From an uncultured virus (IMG/VR IMGVR_UViG_3300032296_004100) (lineage: Duplodnaviria; Heunggongvirae; Uroviricota; Caudoviricetes), in IMG/VR virus record IMGVR_UViG_3300032296_004100: a DNA stretch of 20,000 bases. One strand, given 5' to 3'. Each line of letters starts with the position of its first letter. Position 1 is the first letter of the stretch. Shown one piece after another: positions 9,211-15,205 of this stretch. Made by a program: the position numbers and the translations under genes. The notes beneath the pieces were generated by a model that did no database searches, was not told where the DNA came from, and saw only the letters and a list, made by a program, of their open reading frames with translations.

Positions 9211-10351
9211 GAGATAATATTTTACCCAAAGATAGTAAAATATTCCTTGATTCCAAAGTGAGCTCATAATTGTAATACCAAGTGTAAAAATTCTCAGGAG
9301 ATATTTTCATCTCTTTCGTATTACTTGACCATCTACCAAGAGGGATATTCTCATAACCACCGTCCGAATAATTTTGAACAAAAAGATTGAGCTTGTTAGA
9401 GGGGGGGTCATAATTGGAAATCATAAATTTCAATTTCTTCTGAGGAACATCAATGTCTTTTTTGACCCCAAACTCTTTGAATATTTTTGTCAACAACTTA
9501 GTTTCCTTGGGTGTAATCTCCCCCTGAATCTTCTCAACCAAATCTTCCATAATCCGATTAGTTTCAGACACATACATTGGATTAGTTAAGTATTCATTGA
9601 TTTCTAAGTTCCACTTATCTTCATTCCAACCTCCGAAATTATTACCACGAACCATTCCTCTGATTGCCGAATGGATACTATCCAAATCTGAAAACCCACC
9701 TTCTTTATTGGGATACATTTTCATTAAATAATAGAGATTCCCTGCCGGTATTGATACATTGAATGAATCACTATATCCCTCAACAAGTTGAATATCCACC
9801 CTATAAGGACTTAACACCTCTTTTAACTCCTCAGAGATAAGACCCCTCATTTTTTCTGTGAACTCTTCATTTTCATATTCATAATTAACATCAAAAATTT
9901 CATTGATTTCACTTCGATACCCCTTTAGCAGAGAATTATTGATAATTTTGGGATTACTACCCACATTAAAATCTTCATCAAATTTTCGATACAACTGTAG
10001 TGACATCTGATATTCCGTACTGTTACTATGAAAAAAATTTCCAAGGAAATAATCCCCCTCTTGAAATCTTTCCCAGGCGGTGTTATCTGATTCATAGTCC
10101 ATAATCCTCCCAATTAAAAACTCATATAGATACCAATCATCATACTCTTGTAAATCGAAATTATCAATCAATTCATTACCATCCATCTTTATTTCAAAAA
10201 TAGATTTTACCCTATTGGGATTTTCTATTATTTTATCTACCACACTCTGAGCTAAAACATCCTCGGCAGATACTCTACCTTTGATGTAGTCGTAAACCAA
10301 CTGAGGAAAATCCTTAGTACTTTCTGAAATTATTCTTCGGGACTTGGTCAT
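9197..10351 (-). CDS. Hypothetical phage protein
   Basis: 384-aa ORF with TATTTATA immediately upstream (10357-10364, minus). No recognisable domain. Confidence 0.75.
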   Translation of the reverse strand: MTKSRRIISESTKDFPQLVYDYIKGRVSAEDVLAQSVVDKIIENPNRVKSIFEIKMDGNELIDNFDLQEYDDWYLYEFLIGRIMDYESDNTAWERFQEGDYFLGNFFHSNSTEYQMSLQLYRKFDEDFNVGSNPKIINNSLLKGYRSEINEIFDVNYEYENEEFTEKMRGLISEELKEVLSPYRVDIQLVEGYSDSFNVSIPAGNLYYLMKMYPNKEGGFSDLDSIHSAIRGMVRGNNFGGWNEDKWNLEINEYLTNPMYVSETNRIMEDLVEKIQGEITPKETKLLTKIFKEFGVKKDIDVPQKKLKFMISNYDPPSNKLNLFVQNYSDGGYENIPLGRWSSNTKEMKISPENFYTWYYNYELTLESRNILLSLGKILSHDSQ

Positions 10352-10356
10352 ATCAA

Positions 10357-10374
10357 TATAAATACTTATATTTG
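10357..10374. promoter_or_regulatory. Back-to-back promoter motifs: TATTTATA (minus, for the 384-aa gene) and Bacteroidota-type TATATTTG (plus, for tmRNA)
   Basis: tataaata at 10357-10364; TATATTTG at 10367-10374, 18 nt before the tmRNA 5' end. Confidence 0.55.
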
Positions 10375-10485
10375 TAGAGTTCTTTGAAATATGGGGGTGA
10401 ACGGTATTGATTGGCAGGGTTAATCATACGGGGCATGCAGTGAGATGTTTCCTATCACTTTAATCTATGGGAGTGCTTTTTAAGT

Positions 10486-10551
10486 GGCAACACTTTTGAA
10501 AAGCTTCAGGCTGTAGGTCTTCTTACAACTGAAGCAGTTACTGTAGCTTAG
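10486..10551 (+). other. tmRNA tag reading frame: (A)GNTFEKLQAVGLLTTEAVTVA*
   Basis: Resume codon GGC follows pk1 and TAAGT. 21 sense codons, then TAG within GTAGC-TTAG-GCTAT. Confidence 0.8.
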
Positions 10552-10781
10552 GCTATAATAACCGTGGGTCGATGGGGACATATACCTTGAAACAGAAGTC
10601 CTTATGGTGTGGTTTCTACCTTAAAAGGAATGGAGGTAATGTTTGGTGTTCTACCGATTTGAGTGAACACCCCACAGTTTCTGATGACGATGGCAAAATA
10701 GGAATCAGATATTTCGGAGGGTTAAACAAACCCTGACCTAAGCATGTAGTCCTTTATGGGTAAACTGAGCAAGACGTGGGT

Positions 10782-10975
10782 TAAAAATCGAGCCCCTTCA
10801 TATCGTGAGATATGTCGAAAATCGGATGAATTCAGGGGAAGTCCTTAGGGATTATCCTGAGCCAAGCCTGGTAGGAACAGGAAGGTGCAGAGACTAGTGG
10901 GTGGTAGACGCTTCTACCGTAATACCACATTAGCGTCCGACATCTTGAAAAAGATGATGATATAGTCCACTTGTG
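10782..10975 (+). mobile_element. Group I intron (194 nt, IC3-like core, no ORF) in the tmRNA T-loop
   Basis: 5' exon ends in U and the intron ends in G. P1 GGGU/GCCC with a U:G at the splice site; P10 UCGA/UCGA; P2 CATATC-GTGA-GATATG; P3 TCGGATG/CGTCCGA; P4 TTCAGG/CCTGAG; GGTGCAGAGACTA...GATATAGTCC (P7 GACTA/TAGTC); P8 CATCTT-GAAA-AAGATG. Removal restores TTCGAAT. Confidence 0.93.
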
Positions 10976-11009
10976 TCGAATCCCACCACCTCCACCGTGG
11001 ACAAATTTG

Positions 11010-11038
11010 AAAGGGTCTTTAATTAGACCCTTTTATTT
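11010..11038 (+). terminator. Intrinsic terminator after tmRNA
   Basis: AAAGGGTCT-TTAATT-AGACCCTTT followed by TATTT. Confidence 0.75.
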
Positions 11039-11101
11039 GTTCATAAATTAGATTTATAATTTATGTAAAATTTGATGTTAAGTTTTATTATTTTTTACTA
11101 C

Positions 11102-11129
11102 TTGACAGATAATTATTGTCGATTATAAT
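11102..11129 (+). promoter_or_regulatory. Consensus sigma70-like promoter (TTGACA-N16-TATAAT) before the small lipoprotein gene
   Basis: TTGACA 11102-11107 and TATAAT 11124-11129; ATG at 11151. Confidence 0.45.
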
Positions 11130-11150
11130 ATTCAATATAATTTATACAAA

Positions 11151-11321
11151 ATGAAAAACATCATCGCATCTATTTTTGCTGCTGTCGTTTTAACTTCTTG
11201 TGGCGGTGAATCAACAGTTGAAGAAACTGTTATTGACACCACAACTGTTGTTACCGAGGAGGATACCCTTGTAACTGAAGAAGTTGTTGAAACTTCAGGA
11301 GAAGAAGCTACCGCAGAGTAA
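11151..11321 (+). CDS. Small acidic lipoprotein (56 aa); not in supplied ORF track
   Basis: MKNIIASIFAAVVLTSC-GGESTVEETVIDTTTVVTEEDTLVTEEVVETSGEEATAE*: signal peptide with LTSC lipobox, then a Glu/Thr-rich tail. Has its own terminator. Confidence 0.8.
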   Translation: MKNIIASIFAAVVLTSCGGESTVEETVIDTTTVVTEEDTLVTEEVVETSGEEATAE

Positions 11322-11343
11322 TTTACATTTCTCTTTGACGCAG

Positions 11344-11367
11344 AGGGGTCTTCGGACCCCTTTTTTT
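11344..11367 (+). terminator. Intrinsic terminator (UUCG loop)
   Basis: AGGGGTC-TTCG-GACCCCT followed by a T-run. Confidence 0.9.
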
Positions 11368-11395
11368 ATTACTAATAATTTTCTATATTTTAACT

Positions 11396-11797
11396 ATGAG
11401 TAAACACGCAAATATTTGTAGTAACAATTGTTTTGGTAGGAAAGACTATGATGGTAGTTGTTGTCACATAGAAGACAGAGATTACATAATTGGACCTCAC
11501 ACGGACCCCGAAGAGTTTATAGAAAGATTATCTGATAGATTCAATAGAAAAGTAAAATTTGAAGAAATATTTTATTCATTCGAGGAAGGTTCAAGATTAT
11601 TTCCTGAAAGAAGTTCTTGGCAAAATCCTAATTCGTATCCCTCGTTGAAAATCGATATGGAAAAAGAACGGAAACCATGTATATTTTATAATTCTACATT
11701 GCGTTCTTGTTCTATTTACGATATCCGACCACAGATTTGTAGAAAATATTATTGTCAGTTTTTGCACGATGTTTTACATCCTGTTGACAAAAAGTAA
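11396..11797 (+). CDS. YkgJ-family (CxxCxxCC) cysteine-cluster protein
   Basis: CSNNC...GSCC at the N-terminus; PCIFY....CSIYDIRPQICRKY at the C-terminus. Confidence 0.8.
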   Translation: MSKHANICSNNCFGRKDYDGSCCHIEDRDYIIGPHTDPEEFIERLSDRFNRKVKFEEIFYSFEEGSRLFPERSSWQNPNSYPSLKIDMEKERKPCIFYNSTLRSCSIYDIRPQICRKYYCQFLHDVLHPVDKK

Positions 11798-11819
11798 TTT
11801 ATTTATTATGGTTTCTCAC

Positions 11820-11907
11820 GGAAAAGTAGCCAAGTGGTTGTACGGCACCTGACTTGAAATCAGACATATGGGAAACCGTATCGGGGATTCGAATCCCTGC
11901 TTTTCCG
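11820..11907 (+). tRNA. trnS: tRNA-Ser(UGA), slightly irregular T-arm
   Basis: Acceptor GGAAAAG/CTTTTCC with G73; anticodon loop CT-TGA-AA; long variable arm ATATGG-GAAA-CCGTAT; T-arm CGGGG-A-TTCGAAT-CCCTG (one extra A). No encoded CCA. Confidence 0.85.
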
Positions 11908-11959
11908 CAGAAAAATATTTGAAAGTTTATAAATTATTTATTATATTTGTACAGACAAA

Positions 11960-12031
11960 GGGCCCATAGGTAAAGGGATATACCCTCTCACTTCTAATGA
12001 GATATTCCAGGTTCGAATCCTGGTGGGCCTA
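11960..12031 (+). tRNA. trnR: tRNA-Arg(UCU)
   Basis: GGGCCCA/TGGGCCT; TCTCA-CTTCTAA-TGAGA; CCAGG-TTCGAAT-CCTGG. TATATTTG promoter motif at 11942-11949. Confidence 0.92.
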
Positions 12032-12039
12032 CAAAAGTT

Positions 12040-12216
12040 ATGAAACCAAGTCGAGAAGACATCAAAAAAACCCGATACAATGGTGTGGCCCCTGAGGGCT
12101 ATACTTTGCTTCGAAATGAAGTTTTAGCAGAACTAAAAGATTTTGATAATTGGAAAGCTTGGAAAAACAACGAAATTTCCCTCTACGACCTCGATAAAAG
12201 GGATATTTCCGAGTAA
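12040..12216 (+). CDS. Small hypothetical protein (58 aa); not in supplied ORF track
   Basis: MKPSREDIKKTRYNGVAPEGYTLLRNEVLAELKDFDNWKAWKNNEISLYDLDKRDISE* fills the gap between two tRNAs. Confidence 0.6.
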   Translation: MKPSREDIKKTRYNGVAPEGYTLLRNEVLAELKDFDNWKAWKNNEISLYDLDKRDISE

Positions 12217-12234
12217 TATCATATTTAATTAAAA

Positions 12235-12307
12235 GCCCCCATAACTCAGTTGGTAGAGTAGCGGTTTTGTAAACCGCCTGTCGTTGGTTCGAGTCCGACT
12301 GGAGGCT
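12235..12307 (+). tRNA. trnT: tRNA-Thr(UGU)
   Basis: GCCCCCA/TGGAGGC (one C:A mismatch); GCGGT-TTTGTAA-ACCGC; GTTGG-TTCGAGT-CCGAC. Confidence 0.92.
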
Positions 12308-12363
12308 CTAAATTTTGATAACTAAAGTCGGTCGACCGATATTTATTTTCAAAATAGGTCGTA

Positions 12364-12774
12364 ATGAGAACAAGAGAAAAAAAAGAAAAAAATTGTAAAA
12401 ATTGCGGGGAAAATATCCCGAATAGGAATGTATATTGTGACAATGTTTGCCAAGGAGAATATTCTTTTTCGAAAAAAATAAATGAATGGTTAGGTGGCAA
12501 AAATATGATTCAAAAAGGTGGTAACTCCGTACCTGTATGGATTAAGCGTTATTTGATAAAATTGTCCGAAAACAAGTGTAGTAGATGTTCTTGGTGTGAA
12601 ATAAATGAAGTTACTCGTAAAGTACCGTTGGAAATTGACCATATTGATGGGGACTCGTTAAATAATAATTTTGATAATCTTAGAGTTCTTTGTCCAAATT
12701 GCCATTCTTTAACACCCACTTATAAAAATATTGGTAATAGACAATCTACAAGAACCTATAGAAAATTTTTATAA
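12364..12774 (+). CDS. Free-standing HNH endonuclease with N-terminal Zn-finger
   Basis: CKNC...YCDNVC; CSRC...LEIDHIDGDSLNNNFDNLRVLCPNCHS. Confidence 0.9.
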   Translation: MRTREKKEKNCKNCGENIPNRNVYCDNVCQGEYSFSKKINEWLGGKNMIQKGGNSVPVWIKRYLIKLSENKCSRCSWCEINEVTRKVPLEIDHIDGDSLNNNFDNLRVLCPNCHSLTPTYKNIGNRQSTRTYRKFL

Positions 12775-12800
12775 ATCAAATAAACTTAACCCCCCTTTCT

Positions 12801-12929
12801 ATGAATCCTGAAATTCTCAACACTACCGATATCCTCTTCCAAAGCGGTCAAATTATTGACAAAGCTCAATGTGAGATTTATCTTTGTGAATGGGATAATA
12901 TCCATGGTGATATTGTCTTGTTTGTTTAA
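12801..12929 (+). CDS. Possible small protein (42 aa)
   Basis: MNPEILNTTDILFQSGQIIDKAQCEIYLCEWDNIHGDIVLFV* fills the gap before tRNA-Gly. It also contains a TATCTTTG motif (12879-12886). Confidence 0.35.
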   Translation: MNPEILNTTDILFQSGQIIDKAQCEIYLCEWDNIHGDIVLFV

Positions 12930-12935
12930 ACAAAA

Positions 12936-13008
12936 GCGGTAATAGCTCAGTTGGTAGAGCACGTTCCTTCCAAGTACGGGGTCGCAGGTTCGAATCCTGT
13001 TTACCGCT
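12936..13008 (+). tRNA. trnG: tRNA-Gly(UCC)
   Basis: GCGGTAA/TTACCGC with U73; CGTTC-CTTCCAA-GTACG (one U:U); GCAGG-TTCGAAT-CCTGT. Confidence 0.92.
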
Positions 13009-13010
13009 CA

Positions 13011-13216
13011 AAGTAGACCTTCAAAAGGGCCCTTCCGTATTTATACGGCTTGTTGGGCCCGGGTCTATTTTAAAATAAACAGTACCTCGAGGCTTCCCGT
13101 AAGAACAGCTCTAAATTCTGAGGTCTTATAGTGATACAAGTGAATAACCCAAGGCATAAGCTACAATCACACCCCCAACCTCTCCTTGGAGGACGCTTCA
13201 AGGATGTTGGGGTTTT
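13011..13216 (+). ncRNA. Candidate structured non-coding RNA(s) of unknown class
   Basis: Four consecutive stem-loop domains between tRNA-Gly and a tRNA-like element; no ORF in the supplied track. Confidence 0.45.
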
Positions 13217-13217
13217 A

Positions 13218-13293
13218 GCCGAAGTAGCTCAGTGGTAGAGCAGCTTTCGTAAAAGATGGTGTGACGCGATAGGTTCGATTCCTGCCTTCGGCT
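13218..13293 (+). pseudogene. tRNA-Thr-like element with aberrant anticodon arm (CGU-containing)
   Basis: Perfect acceptor GCCGAAG/CTTCGGC, D-arm GCTC/GAGC and T-loop TTCGATT. The anticodon region only forms CTTT-CGTA-AAAG, not a 5-bp stem with a 7-nt loop. Confidence 0.65.
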
Positions 13294-13323
13294 CTTAATT
13301 ACTCAATAAACTATTTATTGATT

Positions 13324-13956
13324 ATGAACAGTAGATTATTGAAAGAAATTTCTGAGATTAAAAAACAAATCTCTTTATTGGAAGACTATGTAAGAGTGGA
13401 TGAAACAGGATTTTCATTCATTACTACCGATGATGATGCAACCAAAACTGACAAAATCTCAAGGGCTTTGTTACAAGATATCAACACCGCCGCTAAAAGA
13501 GCTGGTGTTAAAGCGGTTATAACTACCGCCAGCTCGGGACACTCTGAAAAAACTATTAGTGGAACTCGTAGTAGACATCCCGATAATAACGCGGTTGATA
13601 TTTCAAATATCAATGGAGAAGCCGCTCAGGGTGCGAGTTCCAACAATCCAGGTAACCCAAAATTCAAAAAACTTGGTGATGCTTTGGTGAATGAATTGGT
13701 TGATATGGGTTATTCTTTAAATGTCGAGAGTGGAAAAGATAAAGCCGTTTTTTGGCAAACAAATAAAGGTGGTAACCACTACAATCACATTCATGTCTCA
13801 AATATTACTGATACACCGAGTGAGGAATCAGAAACTGAAGATACCGAAACTACGACTGCCGGTGTCAGAGATGGGCAGTTTCAACAGGAAAAACCATCCT
13901 TTGATATCTCACAAACTTTAAAATCATTCCAAAAGTTTAAAGATATTTTCAAGTGA
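13324..13956 (+). CDS. Peptidase M15-like (LAS) zinc peptidoglycan hydrolase
   Basis: SRH-PDNNAV-D (HxxxxxxD) and HYNHIH (HxH) motifs. Start set to ATG at 13324, after TATTTAT at 13312-13318. Confidence 0.75.
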   Translation: MNSRLLKEISEIKKQISLLEDYVRVDETGFSFITTDDDATKTDKISRALLQDINTAAKRAGVKAVITTASSGHSEKTISGTRSRHPDNNAVDISNINGEAAQGASSNNPGNPKFKKLGDALVNELVDMGYSLNVESGKDKAVFWQTNKGGNHYNHIHVSNITDTPSEESETEDTETTTAGVRDGQFQQEKPSFDISQTLKSFQKFKDIFK

Positions 13957-14003
13957 TTTGTGAAAAGTGAGGGATTTGCCCTACAAAGTAAGTTTTCTGT
14001 GAC

Positions 14004-14168
14004 TTAAATCATATCAGGATTATCACCATCATTATCCTTTATTGAATTCAATATACTTGGTAATGCAAGTGCCATCAAAGACCACCAAGGATTCTCAAAG
14101 TGGTAAACAATATATCCAATTAATAGAATGAATGCGAGTCCCAAAACAATTATCGCTAATTCTTTCAT
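14004..14168 (-). CDS. Small membrane protein (2 predicted TM segments)
   Basis: MKELAIIVLGLAFILLIGYIVY...WWSLMALAL; ATGA overlap with the upstream gene. Confidence 0.65.
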   Translation of the reverse strand: MKELAIIVLGLAFILLIGYIVYHFENPWWSLMALALPSILNSIKDNDGDNPDMI

Positions 14169-14455
14169 TGTTTCCAATCTGAAAATTTTAAACCCCACAT
14201 CAAACTAATCATTGCCATTTCCCTTTCCGCAAGGTGTTTGTTGATTCTAAGATTTTTTCTTATAAATTCAGTACCCCACAACTGCCATTCATCATTTTGA
14301 GCTTTGGTCATTTCCCATTCCTGATACCAAGAATCTTTTCTGTCTTTAATATCCTCGTAAGAAATATTATGACCTGCAATATAAAACATTTTGTTGATTA
14401 GTTCTTCAACAACTTTCTGATTTTTTTCCTGTTTTGATAATCGCTTCTTTGTCAT
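14165..14455 (-). CDS. Hypothetical phage protein
   Basis: 96-aa ORF coupled to both neighbours by overlaps. Confidence 0.75.
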   Translation of the reverse strand: MTKKRLSKQEKNQKVVEELINKMFYIAGHNISYEDIKDRKDSWYQEWEMTKAQNDEWQLWGTEFIRKNLRINKHLAEREMAMISLMWGLKFSDWKQ

Positions 14456-15045
14456 TACATTAAAAATTTTATAATTTTATCCTTTATACCTGATTGCTTT
14501 ATACCTTCCCAAGACCTTGGTGTTTGAACAAAATTACTTAAGCCTGGTTTGTTGTCTGAACCATCTCTGTCAGAAAATTGAGCACTCAAAAAATCTATAG
14601 ACATATCCAAATCATCAACCGCGACCCAATGAGTAATCTCAGGATGAGATTCCAACCAATGTTGAATTTCCATGAATCTTTCTAATTCCAAATCAGCCCT
14701 GAATCTTAGTTTAGCCCATTCAGATGGAAATAAATCTTTAAACATTCCTGTGGTATCTATTGGTCTTTTAATAACACCCTGTGATAAGTAATAATCTCCA
14801 AGTTCCTCAATCGTTGCGTGAAACCTCCAATCTGAACTCACCACATATTCTGCGCCTGTTTTCTCAAGAATTTTGTTGAAAACCTTAATCGCTTTTGGGT
14901 CGAAGTTATCAAATCGAACATATACAGGTAAGTCATTTGCTGATGTACCCATAGTTCTACCCTCTTTGATTTGTTTCTTTCTACGAGAACCCCAGTTCTC
15001 CGCCAAGCAGATTACACCATCATTATCTAAGAATATTACTTTCAT
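14455..15045 (-). CDS. HAD-superfamily phosphatase, 'Swiss Army Knife RNA repair' type (HAD_SAK_2-like)
   Basis: MKVIFLDNDGV (DxDGV), VVSSDWR, ER..EI..WL and WVAVDD motifs. Confidence 0.82.
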   Translation of the reverse strand: MKVIFLDNDGVICLAENWGSRRKKQIKEGRTMGTSANDLPVYVRFDNFDPKAIKVFNKILEKTGAEYVVSSDWRFHATIEELGDYYLSQGVIKRPIDTTGMFKDLFPSEWAKLRFRADLELERFMEIQHWLESHPEITHWVAVDDLDMSIDFLSAQFSDRDGSDNKPGLSNFVQTPRSWEGIKQSGIKDKIIKFLM

Positions 15046-15205
15046 CTTGAATTGATTTGTAGTGAGATTCGTAATATGTGAGTGGCATCAAATGTCCCTT
15101 TTCACCTGATATTGCTTCTTTGAGCGTTGGATAATGAAACACTTGGTCATTGGAAACAACGACCCAATTTTTTTGGTTTGCTAAGTTTGGTCTAGTTAAA
15201 TACAT
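15023..15205 (-). CDS. Small hypothetical protein
   Basis: Start set to ATG at 15205 (MYLTRP); TATCTTTG at 15213-15220 (minus). Confidence 0.6.
   Translation of the reverse strand: MYLTRPNLANQKNWVVVSNDQVFHYPTLKEAISGEKGHLMPLTYYESHYKSIQDESNILR

Larger units (their letters stand above)
10393..10994 (+). ncRNA. ssrA: tmRNA, intron-containing (exons 10393-10781 and 10976-10994; ~408 nt spliced)
   Basis: Acceptor stem GGGGGTG/CACCTCC with G3:U wobble (Ala identity) and discriminator A. Spliced T-arm GTGGG-TTCGAAT-CCCAC. Helix GCATGC/GCATGT and pseudoknot 1 (AGTGA/TCACT, TTCC/GGGA). TAAGT precedes the resume codon GGC. The tag ORF stop lies in a hairpin. Confidence 0.93.

Noticed and set aside
10902..10913. 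12-nt match TGGTAGACGCTT between the intron P7 extension and the D-arm of the tRNA-like element at 19972-19983 (minus)
   Set aside because: 12-mer matches are expected by chance within 20 kb on both strands, and the intron copy is paired in a local hairpin.
12246..12500. 84-aa minus-strand ORF
   Set aside because: It is an antisense reading of tRNA-Thr and the HNH gene start (EPPVGLEPTT is a typical antisense tRNA translation).
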